Assembly (NCBI GenBank): GCA_965214745.1
Contig: OZ243978.1
Location: 2,722,491-2,786,490, forward strand
DNA from: Dehalococcoidia bacterium
Lineage (GTDB): Bacteria; Chloroflexota; Dehalococcoidia; Lucifugimonadales; UBA1123
Length of the DNA: 64,000 bases
Reading direction: 5' to 3'
This document shows, piece by piece, positions 41,717-51,045 of this stretch (its first letter is position 1; every line of letters begins with the position of its first letter). Below the pieces are notes generated by a model that saw nothing but the letters and a program-made list of their open reading frames with translations, did no database searches and was not told where the DNA came from. The position numbers and the translations under genes were made by a program.

Positions 41717-42436
41717 ATGACAGCCCAGCAATACAGCGTCCCATACGGCAGAGACCGCGCGAACGCCATCTACACCGACGCGATGGCGCGCATGTACTCG
41801 CTAGTCGCGCTCGGCATCATGGTGACCGGCGCGGCGATATGGGTCGGCGACATGTTCGGCATCGGCTTGGCGATATACGAACTCGGATTCATCGGCATCA
41901 TCCTGTTCTTCGGCGCGACGCTGGGGCTTCTCTTCGGCGCGAACGCCGCCGTCGGCGCGGGAAACATCGCGCTGGGGACGGCGCTGTACATAGCGTTCAC
42001 CACCGTCGAAGGGCTGTTCATCTCGCCGATTCTGAAAGCCTACGATCTGGACACGATTGGGTTGGCGTTCCTGATGACAGGCGGGCTGTTCATCGCCATG
42101 AGCGCCATCGGCATGACGACGAAGAAGGACCTATCCAAGCTAGGCTCGATGCTGCTGATCGGCTTGGTCGGCGTTCTGATAGTCAGCTTAGTCAACGTAT
42201 TCCTCATCGGATCGGGAATGCTGGCGCTTCTGATCAACATCATCCTGCTGCCCATATTCCTAGGCCTGACCGTGTGGCAGACCAAGCAAGTGAAGGAGCT
42301 GGCGCAAGAGGCGGCGATGAACGGGGACGACAAGGCGGCGACGCAGATAGCCGTAATCGGCAGCATCGGCCTCTACGTGAACGTGCTGAACATCTTCCTC
42401 ATCATCCTGAGCCTGCTAGGCGGCTCGCGCGAGTGA
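41717..42436 (+). CDS. BAX inhibitor-1/YccA family membrane protein
   Basis: Start at MTAQQYSVPYG (GGAGGGG upstream), 239 aa, 7 TM segments. ...MARMYSLVALGI..., ...AFLMTGGLFIAMSAIGMTTKKDLSKLGSML..., ...IGLYVNVLNIFLIIL. Confidence 0.85.
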   Translation: MTAQQYSVPYGRDRANAIYTDAMARMYSLVALGIMVTGAAIWVGDMFGIGLAIYELGFIGIILFFGATLGLLFGANAAVGAGNIALGTALYIAFTTVEGLFISPILKAYDLDTIGLAFLMTGGLFIAMSAIGMTTKKDLSKLGSMLLIGLVGVLIVSLVNVFLIGSGMLALLINIILLPIFLGLTVWQTKQVKELAQEAAMNGDDKAATQIAVIGSIGLYVNVLNIFLIILSLLGGSRE

Positions 42437-42484
42437 GCGGGCGTTCCCGGGCGGCTCGGCTCGCTCGTTTGCTCGTTTCGAGCC

Positions 42485-43348
42485 TCAGCGCTCCTCTTCG
42501 AGGGTGAATACTTCCACATCGATTGAGCTTGCCAGTCGCCTGTCTTCCTCGCGTATCGAGTAGCCCATAACCGCCGCTATGGAACGCTCGGCGAACACGC
42601 TCTCCAGCGCGTCCGCCGACGCCCGCGCCCGCTCTATATCACGCGCGTTGATAACGCTGGACGCCTCGACCGCCACCCATACAGTGGTTCGGTCGATCTG
42701 GCGCTGCGCGCGCAGGACGAGGTCGGTCGCCGCTAGGCGCGTCTCTTGGCTAGGCGTAATCACGCCATCGTCGACGGCGTCGTATATGGGGTCGCGCATC
42801 TCCGGCTCGGCATCGATGGACACGGCGCTCTGCATGATGCGCGCCCTGCGAAGCCCCATCTTCTGGCTCAAGTAGGGCCTGATCCTGCGTGGCAGCTTGA
42901 CCTCTAAGCTGTCTCCTTTTAGAACGGCTACGTCTTGTTCGACGTTGGTGAGCCTGCCTTTGACCTCCACCATGTCCTCTTCGACGTTGGTGAGCCTGCC
43001 CTCTACGCCAGTGAGCCTGTCCTCTACGCCAGTGAGCCTGTCCTCTACGCCAGTGAGCCTGCCCTCCACGCCAGTGAGCCTGCCCTCCACGCCAGTGAGC
43101 CTGCCCTCCACGCCAGTGAGCCTATCCTCCACGCCGGTAAACCTGCCCTCCACCCCGGTGAGCCTGCCCTTGATCTCCGCCACGTCCGCCTCGATTGCGT
43201 CGAGATGCGCGGGCATTCCCAAGAACTCGTTGGTGAGCATTGCGCGCAGGAGCATACGTTGAGCGACGGGGTTCTCGTTCAGTTCGGCGATAATCCGCGC
43301 CACTAGGGACGAGGGATCTAGTTGTTCTACTGTCTGAGACATGGACAT
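42485..43348 (-). CDS. coiled-coil protein with nine RLTGVE(G/D) heptads and a C-terminal PD-(D/E)xK-like domain (hypothetical; paralogue of 48648..49340)
   Basis: 287 aa. N-terminal ...ELNENPVAQRMLLRAMLTNEFLGMP..., then the heptad array, then C-terminal ...DLVLRAQRQIDRTTVWVAVEASSVINARDIERA... Starts 5 nt after the stop of the upstream hotdog gene. Confidence 0.6.
   Translation of the reverse strand: MSMSQTVEQLDPSSLVARIIAELNENPVAQRMLLRAMLTNEFLGMPAHLDAIEADVAEIKGRLTGVEGRFTGVEDRLTGVEGRLTGVEGRLTGVEGRLTGVEDRLTGVEDRLTGVEGRLTNVEEDMVEVKGRLTNVEQDVAVLKGDSLEVKLPRRIRPYLSQKMGLRRARIMQSAVSIDAEPEMRDPIYDAVDDGVITPSQETRLAATDLVLRAQRQIDRTTVWVAVEASSVINARDIERARASADALESVFAERSIAAVMGYSIREEDRRLASSIDVEVFTLEEER
42990..43178. 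repeat. nine tandem 21-bp repeats (coding, heptad register)
   Basis: Plus-strand unit gtgagcctg(c/t)cctc(t/c)acgcca repeated from 42990. The last two units are degenerate, and two further diverged units lie upstream (~42945-42989). Confidence 0.9.
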
Positions 43349-43352
43349 ATCC

Positions 43353-44252
43353 TTACACCGCCGCGCTTGCCGTTCCGACTATGGCGACGGTTCCGTCTTC
43401 CTTCTCCATCCACACGGCTGCGTTGGCGCGGCGCGCGCCGTCTTCGACGGACTCGCCGGTTACGACGGCTTTGGCGACGACCACGTCTTCGGGCCAGACT
43501 ATGTTGGTGAACTTGATATCCAGCTCGCCGCCCTCGAACCATCCGCGTCCGAAGCGCTTGTCCATCAAGTCGCCGATGTAAGACATGGTCATCCGTCCGC
43601 CTACGACTACCTCCTCGAAGCCAAGCTCTTCGGCGGCGCGTCTGTCGGTGTGGTAGTTGGCGTTGCCGTGGAAGAACGTGCCGCACATCTCTAGGCTGAT
43701 CCTGCGCGCGTCGCCCTCTATGGCGTCCCCCTCAGGCACCTCGAAGCGGCGCGCGCCGCCCTTCGCCTTCGGGTCGCGCAGGGCAACCTTGCCGGAAGAC
43801 TGGCTCAGCAGGTAGCTCTGATGGTGGTATCCAACCGCCATGCGCTCGCTTTCCGGAGACCACAGCGCAACCTCGCTGTTGACCAGCGTTCGGTTGCGGT
43901 GATCGTATATGTCCACCACCTTAGAAGTGGCGGTGAGCCGCTCGCCCGGGACTATCGGCGCGAACATGCGCCACTGCTGGCGCATCCACAGGTTGCCGAA
44001 GGCGTTCTTGAAGCCGCCGCCAGCGAAGCCGCCGTCCACCGCCGAGAGCGTCATAGACGGCGCGACCGGCGATCCGTATGGGTTCTCATCGTACCAGCTC
44101 GCGTCTATCTCCAGCCCCTCGAAGTAGTCGTTCAGAATGCTATCGTCCGCGACGAACTCCCGCGAGCCTAGCTCCTTGCCGATTCGCGCCTCGTCCGGAT
44201 CGTTGGATACGTATGCCACTTGCGCCTCCTTGTCTGCGCTCTTTGCCCGCAA
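43353..44252 (-). CDS. double hotdog-fold protein (MaoC-like dehydratase family)
   Basis: 299 aa. The two-halves architecture, adjacency to CoA-transferase and TPP genes, and C-terminal ...VVGGRMTMSYIGDLM...IKFTNIVWPEDVVVAKAVVTG resemble MaoC/hotdog folds. Assignment is moderate. Confidence 0.55.
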   Translation of the reverse strand: MRAKSADKEAQVAYVSNDPDEARIGKELGSREFVADDSILNDYFEGLEIDASWYDENPYGSPVAPSMTLSAVDGGFAGGGFKNAFGNLWMRQQWRMFAPIVPGERLTATSKVVDIYDHRNRTLVNSEVALWSPESERMAVGYHHQSYLLSQSSGKVALRDPKAKGGARRFEVPEGDAIEGDARRISLEMCGTFFHGNANYHTDRRAAEELGFEEVVVGGRMTMSYIGDLMDKRFGRGWFEGGELDIKFTNIVWPEDVVVAKAVVTGESVEDGARRANAAVWMEKEDGTVAIVGTASAAV

Positions 44253-44310
44253 TGCGCGCGACGCCGCGATTGGGCAGCGTCGCGCGCGTTCGTCTTTCGC
44301 GCTCGGTCAG

Positions 44311-45975
44311 CTAGTACTGCCGCGACTGCCGCGAGCGCCCGCCCATGGCGGCGTATGCCACTTCAGGGTCTATAACCACGTCCAGCAGCGCCGCCTTGCC
44401 CGAGCCGAAAGCGCGCTCCAGCGCCGGGCGGATCTCGTCGGGATCGACAACCCGCTCGCCGTAGCCGCCGAGTCCGCGCATTATCTGGGCGTAATCGGTC
44501 TCCTGCGACAGGTACGTGCCGACGCCGCTGCCGCCTCTGCGAACCACGCCTTGCGTAGTCTGGTTCCACGCGCCGTTGTTGCCAACGATGGAGACGATGG
44601 GCAGGTTGTGGCGAACGTAGCTTTCCACGTCGAACCCGGTCAAGCCGAATCCGCCGTCGCCGTATATGATGCAGACCTGCTTGCCCGGACGCGCCAGCTG
44701 CGCCGCCGCCGCGAAGCCGGACCCCGCGCCGAGGCAGCCGAACTGTCCCGGGTCCAGCCAGTGGCCGGGCCCGTTGATATCCAGCACGCGCGCGGCGAAG
44801 GTTACGATGTCGCCGCCGTCGCCTATCACCGTCGCGTCGTAGTCGAGGAAGTCGCGCACCTCGCGCACCAGCCGCATCGGGTGGATAGGCGTCTGCGAGC
44901 TGTTGAGCATCTCTTCGTCCGCCGCCTGAAGCGCGCGGTCTTCGGTCAGCACCTCTTCCACCCACGCCTTGCCCGGCGAGCGGTACCCGCGCGCCTTCAA
45001 CTCGTCCATCAACTGGCGCAATATCGCCTTGGAGCTGCCCACGACGCCGACGTCGATGTCGCGGTTCTGCCCTATCTTGGAGGCGTCCATCATTATCTCG
45101 ACGAGCTTGGGACTCTGCGGGAACATGTAGTCCGAGCCGTAGCCGAGCCTGAAGTCTATGGGCGTTCCGATGAGCAGCACCGTGTCGGAGTGAACCAGTC
45201 CGTACCGCCGCCCTAGGCTGCCGAGGTTGGGATGGTCGGCAGGAATCGAGCCGCGCCCCATAGCGTTTAGGAACACTGGCGAATCTATCATCTCGACGAA
45301 CTCGCGCAGCTCTTCCGCCGCGTCGTTCCACCAGATATCCGACCCCGCGAGAATCATCGGCTTCTCGGTTTGCATGAGGATGTCGGCTATTTGGCTGACG
45401 TACTCCGGGTCTCCATAGGCTTGCGCCTCGGTGCGGTATCGCTGCGGGTAGCGCACCTCGCCTTCGTCGGTTCGCCCGTTCACTAGGTCTATGGGTATTT
45501 CGAGGTACGCGGGGCCGGGGACTCCTGAAGTGGCGTGTCTGAAGGCGATGGCGACGTACTCCGGAATGCGCTCGACGCGCTTGACTTGCTCGGAGAACTT
45601 GGTTACGGGTTTCAGGAACGTGGCGGAGTCGAAGTCTTGCAGCCCGCCTCGCAGGTGGTCTGTTATGCCGGCGTTGCCGCCGATGAGTATCATCGGGCTA
45701 GGCGCTTGAAAGGCGTTGGCGATGCCGGTGACCGCGTCGGTAACGCCGGGGCCAGCGGTTACGATGGCAACGCCCGGCTTGCCGGTAACCTTCGCCCAGC
45801 CCTCCGCCGCGTGCGCCGCAACCTGCTCGTGCCTGAAGTCTATTATCTCGATTCCCTCAGCCACGCAGCCTTCGTAGAGGTTGTATATGTGACCGCCGTT
45901 GAGGGTGAAAATGTATTCGACGCCCTCCCTCTTGAGCGCCTTGGCGAACAGCCGTCCGCCGTCTATCTCCGCCAT
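44311..45975 (-). CDS. thiamine-pyrophosphate-dependent enzyme (acetolactate synthase / oxalyl-CoA decarboxylase-like)
   Basis: 554 aa. N-terminal FRHEQVAAHAAEGWAKVTGKPGV. TPP motif IYGDGGFGLTGFDVESYVRHNLPIVSIVGNNGAWN. Confidence 0.88.
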   Translation of the reverse strand: MAEIDGGRLFAKALKREGVEYIFTLNGGHIYNLYEGCVAEGIEIIDFRHEQVAAHAAEGWAKVTGKPGVAIVTAGPGVTDAVTGIANAFQAPSPMILIGGNAGITDHLRGGLQDFDSATFLKPVTKFSEQVKRVERIPEYVAIAFRHATSGVPGPAYLEIPIDLVNGRTDEGEVRYPQRYRTEAQAYGDPEYVSQIADILMQTEKPMILAGSDIWWNDAAEELREFVEMIDSPVFLNAMGRGSIPADHPNLGSLGRRYGLVHSDTVLLIGTPIDFRLGYGSDYMFPQSPKLVEIMMDASKIGQNRDIDVGVVGSSKAILRQLMDELKARGYRSPGKAWVEEVLTEDRALQAADEEMLNSSQTPIHPMRLVREVRDFLDYDATVIGDGGDIVTFAARVLDINGPGHWLDPGQFGCLGAGSGFAAAAQLARPGKQVCIIYGDGGFGLTGFDVESYVRHNLPIVSIVGNNGAWNQTTQGVVRRGGSGVGTYLSQETDYAQIMRGLGGYGERVVDPDEIRPALERAFGSGKAALLDVVIDPEVAYAAMGGRSRQSRQY

Positions 45976-46163
45976 CGTTCCTCCTGTGTTTTGCTTATCG
46001 ACTCATCGCAAAACCGACGCCGCGCTAGGCGAACGTCAGCCTGCCTTTGGGTTTTGGAATCGGTCTCGTCATGCGCGTCGCGTCCGGGAAGCTCGGGGAC
46101 TTCGGCATAATCGGCAATAGTCGCCGCCCCCCGGGAAGTCGTCGCTCGCTTTCCATCGCGAGA

Positions 46164-47465
46164 TTACAGTATAACCCCCTTGTCTTGGAGCGCGGTTATG
46201 TCGTCCCAGCCATACCCCAGCTCATCGACGAGTATCTCCTCGGTGTGCTGCCCCAGCTCGGGCGCCTCCCTGAAGATGCCGGACGGCGTTTCGCTGTAGA
46301 TGTTCGGGTGGTTGGTCATCTTTATCGATCCTATCACGGGGTGATCGAACGTGGTGATGTAGTCGTTGGCTATCACCTGCGGGTCGTCCACAAGCTCGTC
46401 GGGAGACTGCACCTTCGCGTAGATGAAGTCGCCTGTGGCGCGGAAGTGCGCGTCCCACTCGTCCGCAGTGCGCGTCATGAATTGCGCGTCCATCACGCGC
46501 ACCAGCTCTTCTTTGCTCTCGGAGCGCGCCTCCATTGTGGCATACTTCGGGTCATCGACGACGCTCTCCAAGCCGAGCGCGCTCATGAAGGATTCCCAGT
46601 ACCTATCCGGCTGAAGGTGCATGAGCTGAATCCAGCGGCCATCCTTGCACTTGTAGAGGTTGGCGAGAACGTTCCAAGCGGATTTGCGGTCGTATGCGCC
46701 GAAGCGGGTTCCGCCCATGATTAGGCTCATGCTCAGCCCCATGCCTTGAAGCCACATGTTGGCGCTTAGGTGCGATGCGTCCACCTTTTGGCCTACGCCC
46801 TGCACGTGGCGGGCGACGAGCGCGGCGAGGACGCCTTGGCAGAGCATGATGGCGCCCATTTGGTCGGACACGCCCTGCGAGACGCGCACTGGCTCATCCA
46901 AGCCGGCGGGGGTGGCGGAGATCATCAACCCGCCGCGCGCCTGCCCGCATCCGTCGAACGAGGGCAGCGCGGAGTCCGGACCGTTAGGTCCGTAGCCTGT
47001 CGCCGAGCCGTACACCAGCATCGGGTTGATCTCCCGCAGCGTCTCGTAGCCTATATCCAGACGCTCGGCGACCCCCTGACGGAAGTTCTCTATGAACACG
47101 TCGGCAGTCGCCACCAGCTTGTGGACTATCTCGCGCCCCTCCGCCGTCTTGAGGTTGACGGCGATGCCGCGCTTGTTGCGGTTGTTCGCCTCGAAGTATG
47201 CGTTGCGGCCTCCGGGCAGCCCCGGCATGATCGACGACGCGCGCGCCAGCGCCCGCCCCGCGTCTCCGTCGAGCGCCTCTATCTTGATAACGTCCGCGCC
47301 CATGTCGCCCATCATCGCGCTCGCCATTGGGCCGAACTGCCACATCGTCCAATCCAAAACGCGAATGCCCTTCAGCGGTCCCGTAGCGCCGTTATCCCCA
47401 TTCTGGAACACGAGCCACCCCCTCTTTCTGAGCCTTCCTGCAAGATTGGCGCGATTGTAGCACAC
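46164..47465 (-). CDS. family III CoA-transferase (CaiB/BaiF/Frc-like)
   Basis: GPLKGIRVLDWTMWQFGPMASAMMGDMGADVIKIE... The start is uncertain: ATG 47465 gives a ~27-aa leader, and an in-frame GTG lies further downstream. Confidence 0.85.
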   Translation of the reverse strand: MCYNRANLAGRLRKRGWLVFQNGDNGATGPLKGIRVLDWTMWQFGPMASAMMGDMGADVIKIEALDGDAGRALARASSIMPGLPGGRNAYFEANNRNKRGIAVNLKTAEGREIVHKLVATADVFIENFRQGVAERLDIGYETLREINPMLVYGSATGYGPNGPDSALPSFDGCGQARGGLMISATPAGLDEPVRVSQGVSDQMGAIMLCQGVLAALVARHVQGVGQKVDASHLSANMWLQGMGLSMSLIMGGTRFGAYDRKSAWNVLANLYKCKDGRWIQLMHLQPDRYWESFMSALGLESVVDDPKYATMEARSESKEELVRVMDAQFMTRTADEWDAHFRATGDFIYAKVQSPDELVDDPQVIANDYITTFDHPVIGSIKMTNHPNIYSETPSGIFREAPELGQHTEEILVDELGYGWDDITALQDKGVIL

Positions 47466-47601
47466 GCATCGCCGGCTTTCGCGGAATCGCGGCGCGCCTT
47501 TCCGCTCCCGATTCCGCTCTACCCATTCGCCCGCGCGAATTTACGTCCACGCCGCATCCCGTATATCCTTACGCATACATGCAGGAGAGGAGCGCGCCGC
47601 C

Positions 47602-48099
47602 ATGTCTACCCGCATCATCGCAATATCGGATACGCATCTCTACCGTTGGGAGGAGGTTCACGCCGACATCCGCGCGGCGGTGCGCGACGCCGACATCGCC
47701 GTCCACTGCGGCGACATCGTGCGGCAGGACGTGGTCGACGGGATGCGCCGGGAAGCCAAGCGCGCCGTCATCGTTCACGGCAACTCGGACCCGCCCGATC
47801 TGCGGCGGACGCTTCCATACACCAGCGTCATAGAAGTAGAGGGCGCGCGCATCGGCGTAACCCACCCCGCGTGGGGAGGACCCGAGTTTCCGCTGGAGGA
47901 GCTTCTGCCGGACTTCCCAGAGCCTGTGGACGTCATCCTTTTCGGGCACTTCCACGAGACTATCATCGAAACCCGAAACGGAACGCTCTTCGTGAACCCG
48001 GGGCAAGCGTACAAGTCTTTCATGGTGCCTGCCACCATCGCCGCGCTCACCGTCGACGGCGGGCGGCTGACGGCGGAGATAGTAACCATCGAGGAGTGA
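47602..48099 (+). CDS. YfcE/MJ0936-family metallophosphoesterase
   Basis: 165 aa. IIAISDTHL, HCGDIV, VHGNSD, LFGHFH motifs. Confidence 0.8.
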   Translation: MSTRIIAISDTHLYRWEEVHADIRAAVRDADIAVHCGDIVRQDVVDGMRREAKRAVIVHGNSDPPDLRRTLPYTSVIEVEGARIGVTHPAWGGPEFPLEELLPDFPEPVDVILFGHFHETIIETRNGTLFVNPGQAYKSFMVPATIAALTVDGGRLTAEIVTIEE

Positions 48100-48128
48100 C
48101 TCGGTGAAAGCCGTGCTAGAATGGGGCT

Positions 48129-48632
48129 ATGGCGGCTAGACGCGACAATCGAAACAGGCGCAGGGGCAAACGAGGCGGCGGGCGCAACTACTGGATGTTC
48201 GTAGAGACGCCCGCGAACTACGCTATCATCCGCGAGATGGGGGTTACGCTGTTCGGCATGGGGCGTCGATTCAAGCGGCGCGCCGACCGCATGGCGCCGG
48301 GCGACAGGGCGCTGTTCTACGTTGCCGGAATGCGGAAGTGGCCCGCGACGGCTACGCTGGCGTCGCACAAGTTCGAGGACGACACGCCAGCGTTCACCCA
48401 CCACGACCCGAATGAGAGCTTCCCCTACCGCGTAAAGCTAAAGCCGGACATAGTGTTGGACGAACCCGACTACATCGACGCGATGCTGCTGGCGCCCCGC
48501 CTCTACTACCTGCGCCGTTGGACGCCCGAAAACTGGCCGCTGGCTTTCTTCGACCGTCTGCACCTGCTGCCGCAAAGAGACTTTCGGCTGATAGAGGGAG
48601 AGATGACGCGGCTGACGCGGCGCAGGAGATGA
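48129..48632 (+). CDS. EVE (PUA-like) domain protein with Arg-rich N-terminal tail
   Basis: 167 aa. RNYWMFVETPANYAIIRE...MAPGDRALFYVAGMRKWPATATLAS... fits the EVE pattern (yW..v..p......M..GD....Y.s......i.a). Call made from motif memory only. Confidence 0.55.
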   Translation: MAARRDNRNRRRGKRGGGRNYWMFVETPANYAIIREMGVTLFGMGRRFKRRADRMAPGDRALFYVAGMRKWPATATLASHKFEDDTPAFTHHDPNESFPYRVKLKPDIVLDEPDYIDAMLLAPRLYYLRRWTPENWPLAFFDRLHLLPQRDFRLIEGEMTRLTRRRR

Positions 48633-48647
48633 AGGCGGTTTGGACGC

Positions 48648-49340
48648 CTAGCTCGGTTCCATCAGGCGGCGAGGCAGACGGTGCCAGTGAACTTCGTCGG
48701 AATCGACGAGTTCCTGAACCCTGTTGTCGATTTCGACCCCCGACACGGAAGCTAGCGCGGAAGCGCCTGTTGCCCGCGCGACGTAGCCCGCGTTGCGGAT
48801 CGCCCTGCGCGTATCCCGATCGTCGATAGTGAACGACGCTTCGACGGCTATATAGCTCCGCTCGCCTTGCGCGTCTTCAGCCTCGATTATCATGTCCGCG
48901 TCGCGGAAGCTCTCGTACTGAGATCTCGAAATCTCCCCCGTCTCGCGCAGATCTCGCGCCATCCTCCTGATCTCGAGCGCTGGCAGAACGCGCGTCGCCG
49001 AAAGCCCCAGGTCATCCGCGATCAAGTCATACCGTTCCACCGTCTTGTCCAGCGCATGATATCCCTTGAGGATGCCAAGATCTACGAGAATGCCCCGCAT
49101 GTCGCGCTCTATTCGGTCGAACCGCTGGTTGGCTTCCCCGAACCGCTGATCGACTTCCTCAAACCGCCGGTTCGTAGTCTCTATGAATCGGGCGAGCGTG
49201 TTCGGCATCTCCAGAAGCTCGCGGGTGAGCAAACGTTGGCGCAAGGCTTCCAACCACTCCGGATTGTCGTCCAGAATTCGAATCAAGTCTTCGATTGTGT
49301 TTATCGTCGTTTTCGTTGTCAAAGTCGATCCTCCGCGCAT
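48648..49340 (-). CDS. coiled-coil / PD-(D/E)xK-like protein (hypothetical; paralogue of 42485..43348)
   Basis: 230 aa. Shares ...LDDNPEWLEALRQRLLTRELLEMP... with the N-terminus of the paralogue, and shares the C-terminal ...DADMIIEAEDAQGERSYIAVEASFTIDDRDTRRA... motif. The coiled-coil segment is non-repetitive here. Confidence 0.55.
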   Translation of the reverse strand: MRGGSTLTTKTTINTIEDLIRILDDNPEWLEALRQRLLTRELLEMPNTLARFIETTNRRFEEVDQRFGEANQRFDRIERDMRGILVDLGILKGYHALDKTVERYDLIADDLGLSATRVLPALEIRRMARDLRETGEISRSQYESFRDADMIIEAEDAQGERSYIAVEASFTIDDRDTRRAIRNAGYVARATGASALASVSGVEIDNRVQELVDSDEVHWHRLPRRLMEPS

Positions 49341-49355
49341 TATTATAGCGCACTG

Positions 49356-50318
49356 CTACAGCCCATCGTCGAACGCTTCGAACGCCCGCTCCGCCATTTC
49401 GCGCGGCATGTCGGCGCGATCGGCTATGTCCGCAAGCCGAAGCAGAGTCGCATACGAGGCAACTATGGGCAGCGTCGACGCCACCGTCGGCGACGCGAGC
49501 GCGAACTTGATAGCCCACATATCCACATCGCCGCCGAACTCGCGCAGAGCGGCGGATATAGCGCGCCGTTCCGCCTGCCGAGCTTCGTATGCCGCCAGTT
49601 TCGCGCGTTCGCTCGCGCTGGCGGCGGGCGCGGCGCCCCGGGCGGGGGCGCCTTCCAACGCGCCGCTCGCCGTTGGGTCGTAGGCGATGATCGCGGTCTC
49701 CGACTCCTGAGCGCGCTCCAGCAGACGCCTACCCGGCTGCTGGTCTAGCAGCCCGAAGCGCGTCTGCACCGCGGATACGCGCCGCTCGCCGATTGCGCCC
49801 TCGCCCGTCTCCTCGCTCTCCGGCGCGTCGTCCAGCGCTACGCCGTAGTAGCGTATCTTCCCCGCGGCGACCAGATCGTCCAACCTGCCGAAAAGCTCGT
49901 CGTCCTCGATAACTTCCGGGCTTGGGTGGTGAAGCTGAAGCAGATCTATGTAGTCCGTATCCAGCCGGCGCAGGCTTTGCTCGCAAGCGTACTGGATATA
50001 GCCCGGAGTCCAGCGGGTGGACTTTCCCCGCTTGGACGGGTCTATGACTGGACGATAGAAGTCGTAGCCCGCTTTCGTGGAGATGACTATGTCGTGCCGT
50101 CGCCGTCCGAGCGCTCGCGCCAGCGTCCGCTCGCCGTAGCCCTCGCTGTACGAATCCGCCGTGTCGAAGTAGGTTATCCCCATATCGAACGCGCGGCTCA
50201 GCAGATTGAGCGTATCCTGTTCCGTAACGTGTCCGTAGTCGTTCGTGGCGAGCGGGCGCATCGGCAGCCCTATCTCCGAGACCGTCAGTTCCGTTTCGCC
50301 GATTCGTCTGTACTTCAT
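49356..50318 (-). CDS. aldo/keto reductase
   Basis: 320 aa. MKYRRIGETELTVSEIGL..., ...GITYFDTADSYS.G..E..., ...YIDLLQLH... Confidence 0.88.
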   Translation of the reverse strand: MKYRRIGETELTVSEIGLPMRPLATNDYGHVTEQDTLNLLSRAFDMGITYFDTADSYSEGYGERTLARALGRRRHDIVISTKAGYDFYRPVIDPSKRGKSTRWTPGYIQYACEQSLRRLDTDYIDLLQLHHPSPEVIEDDELFGRLDDLVAAGKIRYYGVALDDAPESEETGEGAIGERRVSAVQTRFGLLDQQPGRRLLERAQESETAIIAYDPTASGALEGAPARGAAPAASASERAKLAAYEARQAERRAISAALREFGGDVDMWAIKFALASPTVASTLPIVASYATLLRLADIADRADMPREMAERAFEAFDDGL

Positions 50319-50324
50319 GCTTGG

Positions 50325-50918
50325 CTACGCGGGCATTGGAACTGCGCCTAGCGCGGCGCGAATCTCATCCGCGCGCGCCTCGAAGTCGGCGTCGGACAGC
50401 GCGGGCGTCATAGCGCCAAGCGGGACATCCTGCCCAAGCTCCACCCAGCTTTTGCAGCCAAGATACTCGTCCAGCACGGGCAGCGCCTGCGGCTGCTGAA
50501 GCCTGTATACGCGCAGGATGGCCACCGTCAGCGGCTGCTTGGGACGCCAGTGAAGCCGCTTGCGCGCGTAGTCCCCTGTCCAGATGTGGAAGCCGTCGAG
50601 CGTGTCCAGCGCGTCCTCGTCTCGTATCTCGAACTTGTCCACGATCTGGCAGAAGTACGTCAGATCTACGAGGTCAGGCACGTCGTTTTCCGCAATCGAG
50701 CGGCGGAGCGCGGCATGGTATTGCGGCTCTATCAGCTCCGGCTTCTGGTGAAGGAACGTCGGGAAGAGCAGGAACTCCGGGTTAACCAGCCGGAATTCGC
50801 GATCGTCGCGGTGAATGCCGCCCTTTCTGAGAATGAGCGTCTGAGCGCCGCTTCCGAGCGCGTCTACGGCAACCGCCCACTCTTTGAGCGCCATATCGGA
50901 TACTGGGGGAAGAAGCAT
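50325..50918 (-). CDS. DUF1802-family protein
   Basis: 197 aa. ALKEWAVAVDALGSGAQTLILRKGGIHRDDREF...FLLFPTFLHQ matches my memory of DUF1802. Confidence 0.55.
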   Translation of the reverse strand: MLLPPVSDMALKEWAVAVDALGSGAQTLILRKGGIHRDDREFRLVNPEFLLFPTFLHQKPELIEPQYHAALRRSIAENDVPDLVDLTYFCQIVDKFEIRDEDALDTLDGFHIWTGDYARKRLHWRPKQPLTVAILRVYRLQQPQALPVLDEYLGCKSWVELGQDVPLGAMTPALSDADFEARADEIRAALGAVPMPA

Positions 50919-51045
50919 ATCGGCATCCTTTCGAGTCGAGCGTAGATTTGGCCGCTACCCTAGATTATATCCGAATCGCGCGCGCGGTGTTACAATTGCG
51001 CTGAAACGACACCAGCCGAAACGAGGCGAAACAGGAGGCGCAAGC

